Shown: piece by piece, positions 38,219 to 50,850 of the stretch | Position numbering within the stretch: the first letter of the stretch is position 1 | Layout: each line of letters begins with the position of its first letter | Assembly (NCBI RefSeq): GCF_902713615.1 | Contig: NC_052152.1 | Coordinates: 85,759,228 to 85,823,227 of the forward strand | Direction: 5' to 3' | Source of the DNA: Scyliorhinus canicula | Taxonomy: Eukaryota | DNA length: 64,000 nt | Position numbers and translations under genes: made by a program | The notes under the pieces: generated by a model | What the model was told of the DNA's origin: nothing | Database searches by the model: none | The model's input: only the letters and a program-made list of their open reading frames with translations

Positions 38219-39299
38219 CTCTATTTATAAAACCCTGGACTTGTTTGCCTTTTTAATCACTTTCTCAAGCTGCCTGCCACCTTTCACAATTTGTGCACAT
38301 TTACCTCCAGGTGTCTCTGTTCCTGCAGCCCCCCTCCCCCCCGCCCCCATTCCTCTGCATCTCCTCTCACCCCACCATTTCCATCCATATCTACTAAGAT
38401 CAGTAGATATTCCTTTTTTCATGCTATAAAATTGAACAGGCAGCTATAATGTAAGAAGAATTACGTTTTTATTTAAAGTAAATGTTCACTAACTGGGTTA
38501 GTAGAAATATTTGATATGAAGTGAATAAATATTACATCCCTCTGGGAGAATAAAAATTAATTTTGTTCAACGGGTACAACAGATCCTGCAGATTCAGCAT
38601 TCGGAAAGAAAAAGAAATTCCAGTAGTTTCGAAATCAAAATCCCTACAATCTGAGGCTCTGACTCCCAAAGCAGTGGAATCTTGGTGGCCAGGAATTCCT
38701 ATTTTAGTCAGAGGAATTCCAGAGGAGCAGAAAGCCAATTTACTCGGGTTAAAATGACTCCTAAAACCACAGGGCTCAAGTGTCGCCAATGTCACAACTT
38801 TTGGAATGTGTTTCCCAACGCAAGCGTCAAGGGTTGTGAAGAGCGGCTGTTCAAAACTGTGTAGAGTCGTGTGGCGAACCATCACCGGGTAGGTTAGAGA
38901 CTCCACGCTGCAGGAAAACGTTCAATTCGAACATTAAAACCGTAATAATTTCGTGTAAACTGGTGGTTGGCATGGGGGCTGCAAGGGGAGTTTGGGAACA
39001 GCCCCTCAGGGCTCAGGTGTCTGAACTCAAGGTTCTCAATTATTTCAGTTGGTCTGAACTGGGATGGTCAGAAATCATGATGAGGAGTTGGGGTCAATTC
39101 ACTGGGCTGAAGGTAGAGAAAACCTATAGATCAGTGATACTGGGGGGGGGGGGGGGGTGCGAGAGGATAGGTCAGATTAGAAGCAACTATTCATTATTGC
39201 ATTACTCAAGCAAGTGTGTCTATACAGGAAGAAGAAGGAATACCACACACTCTGCATATATCTATATGAAATTGAGAGTGTGATTTCAGTGGAATGGTT

Positions 39300-39568
39300 T
39301 GATTGGAGTTCTGAAACCAGTCGCGTCACCAGTGGGAATGAGGATTAAATATGAGGTTGGGATTTCTCTCTCTCTCTCTCTCTCTCTCTGACTGATCCCC
39401 ATCGTTTTGCTGATGTACAGCCGCCGGCTGGTGAAGAGTGAGCCCGGACGCTGCGGCGAGGCACCTCCTCTCGGCTGGTGTTCCTGTTCGTGTCACTGAG
39501 AGGCCAGCTCTGACCCAGCTGTGGGACCCCACTGGGCCAGCTGCAGCTCCAGCTGCAGGACCGTAGCG

Positions 39569-39599
<31 letters not shown>

Positions 39600-39785
39600 T
39601 GTTTCGCTGAATCCTCCGAGCACCGTGTGTTTGTGCTTGGTGCATTGAGAGAGGGAACCAGGCGGCCAGAATTACTCAGTGACTCCAGCAGGGTTAATAT
39701 GGAATGGGGACTAAGTCGCCGAGATCTGGATCCCAACAAATCCTTCTATTGATTTAGAGAGAACAAGGGGACAGCCAGAATAACC
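39300..39785 (+). promoter_or_regulatory. Probable promoter/5' UTR of the kainate receptor gene, with (CT)n and (GT)n(GA)n microsatellites
   Basis: GC/CpG-enriched, non-TE sequence directly upstream of the coding exon. The TSS cannot be determined from sequence alone. Confidence 0.6.
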
Positions 39786-39894
39786 ATGTGCTGCGATCCG
39801 AACGTGTTATTCCGGGATGCAAAAGCTGCACTTTGCTTACTACTGCACATCTTCGTAATTCCCTCGCAGAGTTCTCAACAAGTCCTCAGGATTG
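39786..39894 (+). CDS. grik1: Glutamate receptor ionotropic kainate 1, first coding exon (signal peptide and start of the amino-terminal domain)
   Basis: accATG then MCCDPNVLFRDAKAALCLLLHIFVIPSQSSQQVLRI+G(split), then a GTAAGT donor at 39895. This matches the vertebrate GRIK1 N-terminus as I recall it (..RD...ALL.....PQ...QVLRIG|GIF). GRIK2 has HVLRFG and GRIK3 has HVIRIG at this position. Confidence 0.8.
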
Positions 39895-40871
39895 GTAAGT
39901 TTCTGCCAACTTGGCTTCATTTCTCGTTTCCCGCTTATTGTGGTGAGCACCGTTTGTGTTCCTCATTCTGAATGACTGATTATTTTTTCATGATCTTCGC
40001 GGAAATGAGAATAAAGTGCGAGGTGCGTGTGTGTGCGAGTCCCTGAGACTGTGCCTGGAAGCTGACAATGCGGTAAAGTGTCCACACAGCAAGCGGGCGG
40101 CCCCGGGTGTGTGTGCTGGAAAGTTGAGGACACTGACAGCAGCATTGACTAGATTTTGTGTCTTTGGGATCTGGCTCCAGCTGCTTCAGATCCCAGAGGA
40201 ATGCAGGTTCCATTAAGAAGCCTGCCTGGTTGGATGGATTTTAATGTTTGGATTCATTTGGGATTGCTCCATTTCCCAAACGCAACTTTCACCGTTATTA
40301 AACACAACGACCATTGACCATGTTGTGGAGTAAGCTCCCATTTTGCAATGTGTGTTTGGGTGTACTAGTCCCTTGTTAAAGTTGCAGGTCGAGCTGAAAG
40401 CAGAATTCAGCAATGGGAGAATTGACAGCTGTCTGTTAAGAGCTGACAAATTCCAAAGGTTGTGTCCAAGTTTCAAGTTAATGTGGGCCCTCATTTCAAT
40501 TAGGCGGCCCGAGCTGCAGGATCCACCCTGGATAGACTAGCTCGGGGTCACCCAGTGAGCCCAGCTTGTCCAAAATGTGTCTCAATTCTACCTCGATGAT
40601 ACTTCAATCCTGAAAACCTTCTACAGGCCGCCTGGATTTACCGGTAGTATATCTGTTGAACATCAGGTCATTCCTCTCCAGGATTGGACTGAAACACGAA
40701 TCCAGCCAAACCCCGGGGCAAGTTGGATTTACTCCCATTCAATATTAGCGCATTCGGCGTCCCTTCAATTCACAGCAGACACATTCAACTGAGGTGATTT
40801 CTTTTCTTCTTGATTTTTTGCTCTCTCCTCTGATGAGCTCGTTTATTCAGCACTTATCCAGCAGTTTAGCA

Positions 40872-40892
40872 GTCAGCAGAATGGACAGCTCC
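40872..40892 (+). promoter_or_regulatory. RE1/NRSE-like motif
   Basis: GTCAGCAGAATGGACAGCTCC versus consensus TTCAGCACCACGGACAGCGCC, with two core mismatches. An extra left half-site TTCAGCAC is at 40846-40853. Confidence 0.35.
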
Positions 40893-41697
40893 TTTGCTGC
40901 TCTTCACTAGAATGTAAAGGGTGGAGTGGTTGGGCTGCTTCACACTGATAATATCAACCGGACCTGCCCCACAAAGCGGCCAACCAGCGCTTCAACCCTT
41001 TTTACTATTCAAATCTGACCCAAATATCAAACTGTAAAACCTCTGTATTTTTATGTTGCATCAGCGAAACTGAAATCGTTCTTCTAAAAGAATGCAATTT
41101 TTCAACTTACAATATTAAATAATAATATTAAACACCACGCCAAGGATTCTTTTCAATTAAAACAAGCCGGCAACAGTTCCCATTATTACTAACTTTAAAA
41201 AAACTGACATTTCGAGTGTCGTTGCCAGCTCTTTGATTTAAGATAATCCAACAGAACTCCAAAGTAAATAGAACACATCCCCATGGTTGGAAGCACACAT
41301 TTTCCCATGCACATTCTATTAGATCTAGTGGGATCATTCCCGAATTATTTTGCTCCTGATACTTCCATGCAGACATTCAAATAGATGGACAGGTCCGTCA
41401 CTTGAGCTCTTTGTTATTCGGGAGAGGGACCTTATTCATGGCTGTGTGGTTGGGTAGTTGTGTTCAGCTCGCTTTGTGAAAAGATGGTAATGATGCATAC
41501 TGTTGAGTAACTCTCTCTGAATTTGTGTTGTTCATGTGATAAACAGAATGGCACTATTAGCAGGCCGCATGGTAGGCTGGGTGTACTAGTTCCTATCTGG
41601 AGAGCACCTATTCTCAGCTGAGCTGCGGGGAAGAGGTACCAAGTGGCTGCAGCGGAGGGCCCCATGCACTGCTGTGGGAGAGAGAAAAGGAGTGCTG

Positions 41698-41727
41698 CTG
41701 TAGTGAACATGCCACTAGAGGGAGCTC
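41698..41727 (+). promoter_or_regulatory. CTCF-binding motif
   Basis: Core GCCACTAGAGGGAGC (41711-41725), preceded by CTGTAGT, which resembles the upstream ZF9-11 motif. Confidence 0.6.
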
Positions 41728-44302
41728 CTCATCTCAGCTGGGCTGGAGGGGGGGGGGGGGGAGATGAAGGGTGTTGCTTTTAGAGGGGGGAGGAGGGACG
41801 AGGGGGCAGTGGGGGGAGGGGGTGAGGGGTTGCAGAAATGGGCAGGTTGATGGAATGCTGCTGTAGTTCTTTTCCCGGCGAATGATTCAATAATATATGA
41901 CCTGAGACTTAGGAACAAATTAGCTTCCCATTATTTTTAATTGAACTCTATAAATGACCTGGAGATCATGCATAGAAGAGGGTTGAAAACAACATGAGGA
42001 GTGAACACAGAACAAGATATACTTAGGGGGAATGGCAGGATTGGTGGCACTCATTGGAGGTGATGGGTGTGCACTTGGAATGGAGGGGTACAAGTGCACA
42101 GCTGAGAGTGAATTTCTTACCTGAATTGTACAGTGGTGATGATGGCCTAGTGGAGGTTGGGTACTTCCCCACTTGATGGAAAGAGAAATCTAAAGGTTGA
42201 CTAAAGAGCCGTCCTGATGAAATCCTGGGTTTCAGAAAAGTAATCACATGCTGGAAGCAGAATTTGGAAGGGAAAATAATGGAGAAAATACAAAAAAAAA
42301 CTACCAAAAAGCAGAGAGAAATGAATAAACATTTCAGGTACAGATGGGATATGAATGAACTGCTGCTAATCAAACATCAGCAATGGTGTTGACCATTTTG
42401 GCATGCAAATTACAAAATAGAAATGAAAAAGATAGTTATCTTGCGACTGAAAATTATGAAACATCTCAGCCTCATCCTTTTGCTGTTAACATCAAATCCA
42501 CCTGAAGTACTGAAGAAGTCCAGATATATCCATTGTCGCATTTTACCCCTCAATGTATTTCTTGTCTGCTTTTATTCTTACGGGAAAAAGCAGATGGTTG
42601 ATAGTCATAAATGAAAATCCTGGGCAGTAGTTCAGAATTAATTGTGCATTTAATTACATTTCTACCTTCCTTTTTGATATTACAACTATACATTGAAAGC
42701 AGTTTCAGAAATGTACAATTACATGATCTCAGCATTAAAATTTTATCTTGTCAGAATGAATAAATGATATTTAAATGATTTTGTAAAATAAAAATGAACA
42801 CTTTTACCCATGTTCTATGCTTTTTGCTGTACTGTTATTCTACCCCTTAATATCTGACTGCCTCTATACTTTCTGAAGCCAGTTCTCTCCCCTCCCAGTT
42901 GTCCCCTCAATTGATGATTCTCTGGTTTCTTGGTTAGCCATTATCTCTGTTTCTATCAGTTTTTAAAGTAATTGCTAAAAGTAATAAATGTTCTTGCCTA
43001 CAGAACAAAATTGAAAAAATGTGGAGAGCAAAAAAGAGAAAGGCGAATAAAGAAAATGCACAGCAGTAGGTTTGAAAAGATAAATGGTTTCTTTCTATGG
43101 CCACCTTTTCTCCTCGCATTATAACCTTTGACTTAAAAAGAAGGAATTTCTATCCTTTGAGAAGAGTCAATCCTACTCAAACATTAAGTCAAATGAAGTT
43201 TCAATTTACTTTCTAGATGAGATTATTGGTGATTGTGCTGTGCTGTGATGATTATGCTGCAGCCTGACCTATGGTCCTGTGGTGTATTTTTTGCCTTCGT
43301 TGTTTTAAGTGAATGTTTTGTCATTAATAGTTCCCTTAGGATTCCAAACACAATTTGGGTTGGAGAATTCAGCATACTCAGCACCCACTTAAAATCAACA
43401 AGATCGATTTATTTCCTTTCATTCCAAAGGAGAAGAGCAGATTAGAGGAAATAGGTCAAGCAGCTGTTTCAGCAGCTTGGAATTATTGAAGTGCAGTATT
43501 ATTTCATCTGTACACTGAAAGCTATGTCAAGTATTACGTCCCAATTCCGTAACACTGGTTATGTTTTTGCCATTAAGAACTTAATGATTTTCAAGAACAG
43601 GAAAAAGCTATTAAACCTTAGATCAACCCTAACTTATCACCTATTATGGTTTCGCTGGGGCACTCAATCTTTTTTCTCTTGAAGATATATGTCTCTTAAA
43701 CCTATTTTTGCTGACAACCCTTGTTTGATTTTCCCAGAAACTTACCTCATGTTCAGACTATTAAGTGGAAAGAAAGTTTTGCGTGACTTGTATTACTGTT
43801 GATTTCAGAATTTCAAAATTAGTTCCTGACATTTGAATCATTTGAAATTGTGAATAATTTGCCTACATTGACTGTCAATTCCTGTCACCACAAAAACATC
43901 AAAAACATTTTACAGAAGTCCTATATGTTAATGCTGAATTTGTGTTGTAACTGTTTTGATCAACACAAATAACCAAGTAAACAAAATCAAATAAACTGAG
44001 GGACAAATTAAAGGGACAGACGCTTAAAGAAAAACTGCCTCAAACAAAAAACGAATCACAAATGAGACAAATCATCAAACCAAAATGTGCCTCTGTGGTG
44101 CCCAATGGGCATGAAAGGTCTCAAAGGTGGCAGGGGACACCACCTGCTTCTTCTCCAGGGACACCTGGCTGTGAATGTAGCCATGGAAGGGGGGCAGACA
44201 AGCAATAAAATGCATGCTTGACATTGGTAATTAAGTATAGTTGTTCCTCATTGGGGTAGGATAAGGGGATCATTGTAAAAGTATACAAACCAGTCTACTC
44301 TT

Positions 44303-44634
44303 ATAGAATCCCTACAATGCAGAAGGAGGCCATTCAGCCTATTGAGTCTACACCAGCCCTCTGAAAGAGCACCCTACTTAGGCCCACTCCCCCACCCTAT
44401 CCCTGTAACCTCATAACCCCATCTAATCTTTGGATACTATGGTGCAATTTAACGTGGCCAATCCACCTAACCTGCATATCTTTGGACTGTGGGAGGAAAC
44501 CAGTACACCCGGTGCAAACCCATACAGACAGGGGGAATGTGCAAACCCTACACAGTCACCCAAGGCCGGAGTTGAACCCGGGTCTCTGGTGCTGTGAGGC
44601 AGCAGTGCTAACCACTGTGCCACCGTACTGTCCC
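44303..44634 (-). mobile_element. HE1-type SINE
   Basis: tRNA head, V core and a gaatggcctccttctgc tail on the minus strand. Confidence 0.85.
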
Positions 44635-47439
44635 AACGCGTTTCAGTGTCTGGGGGGATCGATGACTTTGCTTTATAATCTTGGAAATAAACCTGATTTA
44701 AGGCACAGGCTAACTGCAGATTCCATTCTTCCTTAACATACAATCATTAGAATTAACAATGTATTGTTTCAAATTTTGGAGAAGACATTTCTTACGATAA
44801 GAATGTGAAAGTCTGTTCTGATATGTTTGCTCTGGGGTTTTTGTAATGATAAGCCTCCCCATAAACGTGTTGGCTTGAAGTAACTTGGGTAAAATGAAAC
44901 AAAAACAACCTCACCACGGAGCAACCATTCTGGGAATGTGCAGACTAAAGGACTTCCTTTGCACGACTAGTTCCTCCACATCAATGAGCATTGGAGAAGG
45001 GAAAAATTAGCTTATTTTAAAATTACTGACATGGATACAAGTTCTCGTGACTTGTGTGTAACAGTCATTTATTTAGACAAACACCTCGATTTAAAAAAAT
45101 AAAGCATTGTATATGGTTGCAATCAGATCAGTTATACTGATGCATATTTGCTTAAAAGCATGTTCTTTTATTTAGCTCACTTTCGGGTTATTTGTGTTGC
45201 TTACAAGCCCAACATTTATTGTCTCACCCTTCCTGAAGGTGGTCATGTGCCATTTTCTTGAACTTCTGCAGTTCGTGTGCTGAAGGTGCTCTCACGGTGC
45301 TATTAGGTAGGGAGTTCCAGCATTTTGATCCAGTGATGCTGAAGGAACAGCAAGATATTCCCAAGTCAGAGCAGTGGGTGACTTGTCCTTCTTGGTTGTA
45401 GTGGCTGTGTGTTTGGGACATGTGGTTGAATAATTTACTCTGTAATATGTAGGATTTTCAGATTTTGAATTTATTACAATTGACTTGACTTTTATTCTTT
45501 GAAATTGCGTATAAATAATGGACTTTATCCAGGAGCAGTTAAACTGCTAACAAGTAAAACTTTTGGTGGTTACATGTTTTGAATACTGTCATACATATTT
45601 CAATGTAATATAATAAAGTGGGTCTGCCAGCAGAAGCTAACAAAATAAGTGCTGTTTGGCATTCCTAAGAAGTTTACACTTAGGCAGTCGGTAGAAATGG
45701 TTATATGGATTATTTTATACCCATTATGCCTATTGACAATGGTCGTGAGGGAAATAGACCATCAAAACCTCCTACTCTGGACATACCATAAGCTATATAT
45801 CTGGGAAAGCTTCCTGTACATTTCTCCAAAAGTGAAGCTGAAGAACCATTTTAATATTGAAAACCTCAGATGAAGGACTTGAATTCATAGGAACCGGAGT
45901 AGGTCATTCAGTTCTAGGATCATCATGCATAGGATCACCAAGATTGAAAAGATGCTGAGAGAATGATGAAGTAATGATTTAGTGACAGCAAGATTGAATC
46001 TTTATATTAACATTTTGAGGATTAAAAGAGTGTTTTTGAGCTCAGCAAGGGCAAGAGAAAAAGGTTCAAAATGGCACTAACCTTAGTAATTTAAAATAGA
46101 AAGAGATTTAAAAAGGCTATAATGGAGAAAAGAGGTTGGAGACTAAGGTGAAATTAGAATTGTGTACTGAATAACAATGGTGTTTGTATCTTATTCAAGA
46201 TTGTAAGAGAAGAGTTGAGAGTTCACTCAATATAAGAGCAACATTGAAGTCTTGGATAGGCTTTATAGAGTTCAGTTTTTTGATCCAAAAATATATTTTG
46301 ACATGAAAGAGGTTTCTAAACTTTGTGAAGACTGCTTCAGCAGTATGTGTGGAGATAGTAAAACCAAGATTACCAATAGATCAATAAGGTAGAACACTGA
46401 CTGAACCTATGAAAGAAATGAAGAAATTGTTTCTTTCAAGTGTTAGATCACAGAGTGGTTATTTTATTGGACGAATACGTTCAAATCAGACCATTTTGAT
46501 TCTTTAAATAACTAAATCTGAACACAACAAACTAGTATCGGTAAGAATGCAATATTGGTGCTATGGAATTGTTCTGAAAAATCTAACCTTAATGCCTTTT
46601 ATCATGAAAAACACACTGTGGCTTCAGTGTGGCTGCAGAGTGAGCCATCTACTGGATGCACTGCATTATCTTGCCAGAGCCTCCCAAACCTTTCACCTCC
46701 ATCTCAAAGCGCAAGAAGCAGGTCCATGGGAATGCAATAGCTCCAAGTTGCACACCACTCTGACTTGAACATATTTCATGGTTGTTTCAGCAGCACTGGA
46801 TCAAAATTCTGCAACTTACTACCAAACCGCTTAATGGCAGCACCTCCATTGCACAAGTTGCAGAATTTCATGAAGAAAATCTCATCCTCCTTTTCTCCAA
46901 TGATATCCATTTCCTGAGAAGGGATTAAATAAAACCTTATTTAGAACTAAATTGTTCTTAATTTTCCTTTCATACATTAATATTCTTGCAGTATAGTTTA
47001 GCTGTATGGTTATATAGGAGACCGTATGACTTCTGAGATAAATTATGTTTACATCCTTGGAGGAATTAGGTTCCTTATTAGTTCCTGTTATTCCAGGAAT
47101 TGGACTTTGTTGTGGATTGGGTTTTCCATTCTCTTCTCTGTTGATCTCTAATCTAACAAAGAGTGAACTGGTTCAGGTTCTGGTTGCTTCACCTTCCTTT
47201 TTTTTTCTCTCGTCCGATATTTGTTTTTAAGTGGTGTAGTCCTTAGTGTTTCTACCAAGTATGCCGAAAGGAGCTTTCATGGTAGCTACTTATTTCTTCT
47301 TCTTTCAGCTTCTCCCATTTGGAGTCACCACAAAACTAGTAAATCATTCTTCTCCATCTCCTCCTGTCAGTCACCCATTGCTTTTCTAATCCCCCTGCAT
47401 TAAGTCTCTCACCAGCACATCTTTCCATCTGGTCTTATG

Positions 47440-48850
47440 CCTTCCTCTTCTTCTTCTTCATGGTGGTCTGACCTTTATCACTTACTATTGCTCTCTCTGC
47501 AATTGATGATCATATGTTTTTAATCTCTTCTCAACTAGTTTTTTCGTTGCTCCCAGAATCTTCACTGTCACCTCTCCGCCCCATCTCCACCCAATTTATT
47601 GGTTCCTGATCTTGTCCTTTCTCATTTCTCCGCACATCCATCTTAGCTTCCACATCTCTTTAGTATCCAGTCACTGTTCCTCTCAAGCTTCTGTACCACA
47701 TTACAAGCCTGTTCTCGCAACCACCTTCTAGATTCTTCTTTTCAATTTCAGCAATACTTTTCGATCAAATCACAGTCAACTGCACTTCTTCCAGTTACTT
47801 CAACCAGAGCTAACCTGTTGGTAATTTTGTTTTCCATCTTCTGCCACCACTGACCCCAAGCATTTGAAGCTACTTACTTTCCACCATTCTTCCCCGATCA
47901 TCTTTATACCTTCACTCTGGTCCCTTTCCCTGTTCTCAAACCGACCGTTCAGAGGATCTTTGGTCAACTGAGCTTCATAGCCTTGTCTTGCAGTGCCTTT
48001 CTCCAGTTCTTCAGATACTCACTCATATTCCCATCATCCTCACGATATAGCTCGATATCATCTGAAAATATCATTGACTTCCTGTCTCACTTGCTCATTT
48101 AGAACATCTATGACAATCAGGAAGAGGTTCAGTGTTGATTTCTTGGTGTAATCCAACTTTGGCTTTGAAACTCTATCTCTCCCCCACACAGCCTCCAAGT
48201 CTTGTTTGGTACGACTTGTATATGTTTTGTAATAATAATATGTACCTCACAGGGAGTCCATAAATTCTATCACACCTCCATACATCCTCGCTAGGTCATA
48301 AGCCTAGCGATTGATGAATACAATTGTCATGTTTAAAAAAATTATTTTTAGAGTGCCCAATTCATTATTTCCAATTAAGGGGCAATTTTAGTGTGGCCAA
48401 TCCACCTACCCTGCACATCTTTGGGTTGTGGGGTGAAACCCACGCAACGCGGGGAGAATGTGCAAACTCCACGTGGACAGTGATCCAGAGCTGGGATCGA
48501 ACCTGGGACCTCAGCACCGTGAGGCAGCAATGCTAACCACAATGCCACCGTGCTGCCCCTATACAGTTGTCATGTTAACTGGTCTTCCCAATATTTCTTC
48601 ATCACTTGTATCAAAATAAAGATGGAAACAGTGGTGTCTCTTCTGGGCATGTATCTGAATTGACCTTCATGAATTTCCACTATTTTTATCAATCTGATTC
48701 TGTCCATAAATCTCTCCCATATCTTGGAAAATATGTGTTAGAATTAAACATTTTCGGTAGTTTTGCAATCTTGAATGTCTCCCTTTCCTTTGAATGTTGG
48801 TACAAGAATGCTTTGCCTCCATGTCCTTGGGACCTTCTCTTACTATAACA
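47440..48850 (-). mobile_element. Decayed RTE-clade LINE containing an HE1-related SINE (48333-48559)
   Basis: (GAA)n tail at ~47445-47460 and a minus-strand GLHQ.S.L..FL..IV.DVL-like motif at ~48100-48155. The SINE is flanked by TSD atacaattgtcatgtt/atacagttgtcatgtt. Confidence 0.65.
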
Positions 48851-50850
48851 CAGCTGGGTAGCTTGCTCAGGACCTGAATCCCAAATTCACCTAGGCAGGT
48901 TCAAACTTCTGCTGGTATCTCATCTGGCCCTTGCTGCTTTGCTGTTTTTCATTCCTTTCAGTGCTATTTTGATTTATTTCAGTCCAAAAGGGTTGGGTGG
49001 GGTTACTAGGTTATGGGGATAGGGTGGAGGCGTGGGCTTAAGTGGGTGCTCTTTCCCACTCGATGGGCTGAATGGCCTCCTTCGGCACTGTAAATTCTAT
49101 GATTCAAAGAAGAGACAGCCTGATTCAAATTAGTTGTCATACCTTGATTTGCAACAACCTCTTCTGTCTTTGTTCATCCGTTTTCTCCCTTCATTAACCA
49201 GTTAAAGTATTGACCGCATCTCTCTTTGATTTCATCCTCTTTCACTAAAGTTATTCTACCTGAAGCCTTGACTTTATGTCTGTTTCCCAAATCTTTACGA
49301 TCTCTAGCAACTGCTATTCTGAGGGCACATTTCTATCCTTCATTGGTGTCAAAATTTAGATATTTCTTCCATGAGTATATTAGCTACTTACGGTTTATCC
49401 TTTGTCAATTAGCACAATTACCATTATATCCTAAACATTATTCCTGGTATAAAAGTTTTCCTCGGACATCATTCACACAAAAGTAGCAGTAAAAATTGCA
49501 AATGTAGCACAGCACATACTTTCTAATCGATCTTGACTCATTCCACATTGCTGGCTGGAGGGGAGGGGCAGTCTGAATTGCAATCTGCAATATTAATTTA
49601 GTTTTGGTCATGCTACTTTATTCAAGGCACTGAATCGAAGAAAGGAAGGCCTTGAAAAATGTGCAATATGTCTCTGTATAAATATTGAGATATGCCTGCT
49701 GAGAAACTCTTCTGCTGACCTTGGACTTTGAGGGTTGACACAAATCTTTGGTAATATGCTTGTTTGTCCAAATGCAACTTAGGGAGCATGTGTGGCACCT
49801 CCCATAGTAAGGATGTTGGAAAATCTGGCAAAGGTATTATAGCTGTGGAGTATTTAAGGGGATCTCCCTGGAAAAGAAGACACAGCTGCCTTTACCTTTC
49901 ACCTCTCCCAAATATAGTCCCCATTGTAAGAAGACATTTGGAGAAACTTCCACTCTGGTCCGTGTCTATACATCCCATCCCACTGAGGGCCTGGAACACT
50001 GTCCCATTCTATACCCATGGCTATGAATGAGGAAGCTTCACTGTGTGCGATTACTTCCAATCAATAACAAAACTGAATGCAGACAGAGAAGAAGAAATAC
50101 ATAATTGAATCCAATATGTCAACTCTACCTTCAGCTGATGTAGGAAAGATTATTATAGGACCAGGATATCAAACCCAAGACTGAGATATTGGTTAACTGG
50201 TCAGGAGGGATCCCCTTACTACAATTGGACAATTGTACTGGAGAAGTATTACAAGTGGTGACTTTGCAAGATCCTCCAGAAAGGCGGTTCAAAGTGGAGT
50301 ACTATCCCAAGCCAATGTGCCCAGCATTATGGTGTGAATTACTCAAAACCAGCAACCTTGTGCAGGTCTCAGCATTTGTATGCCTGACTCGCAAAGCAAC
50401 TGTTCTACTTGGATCGCAGTTGTGGCAGGAGACTCCCAGGAGGATAATGGAAAGACTTTAAGAATGTCCCTGTATGACCTCCAGTGGTAACATGTCGGTG
50501 GAGGTCATACATTGCGTGGTACCCGCTGGACCTTCCATTGCTTGGCCCTTTTCGCCCAGTTTTGGGAGGAAATTTTATATGAACGGTCTCCAGTAAAGTT
50601 GTGGTAATTAGAGGTTGCTGAAAACCCAAGGGAAGAATACAGGATGAAAAGGAATGAGTGCTAGTCCATCTGAGAGCTCAGGTTCTGTGCGGAGTGCTGT
50701 GAGAAGAAGGATGGTGGGTCTGGGTGGCGCTACGCCCATTACAATAGGTACGCTGGCCGAGGTGATGCCGGTGCAATTTGAGCAACAGTTTGCCAAGCAT
50801 TTTGAGCGGCATGCAAACAGTTTGTGGATGATATGTTGGCCCCAGTAAAG

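Noticed and set aside
13293-38231. Recurring palindromic repeats as a CRISPR array or miRNA genes
   Set aside because: They are dispersed, have no repeat-spacer periodicity, carry individual TSDs and match a Penelope terminal repeat. The context is eukaryotic with no cas genes.
39895-39971. C-terminal part of the 61-aa ORF 39786..39971
   Set aside because: It lies beyond a consensus GTAAGT donor at the point where GRIK similarity stops, so it is intronic read-through.
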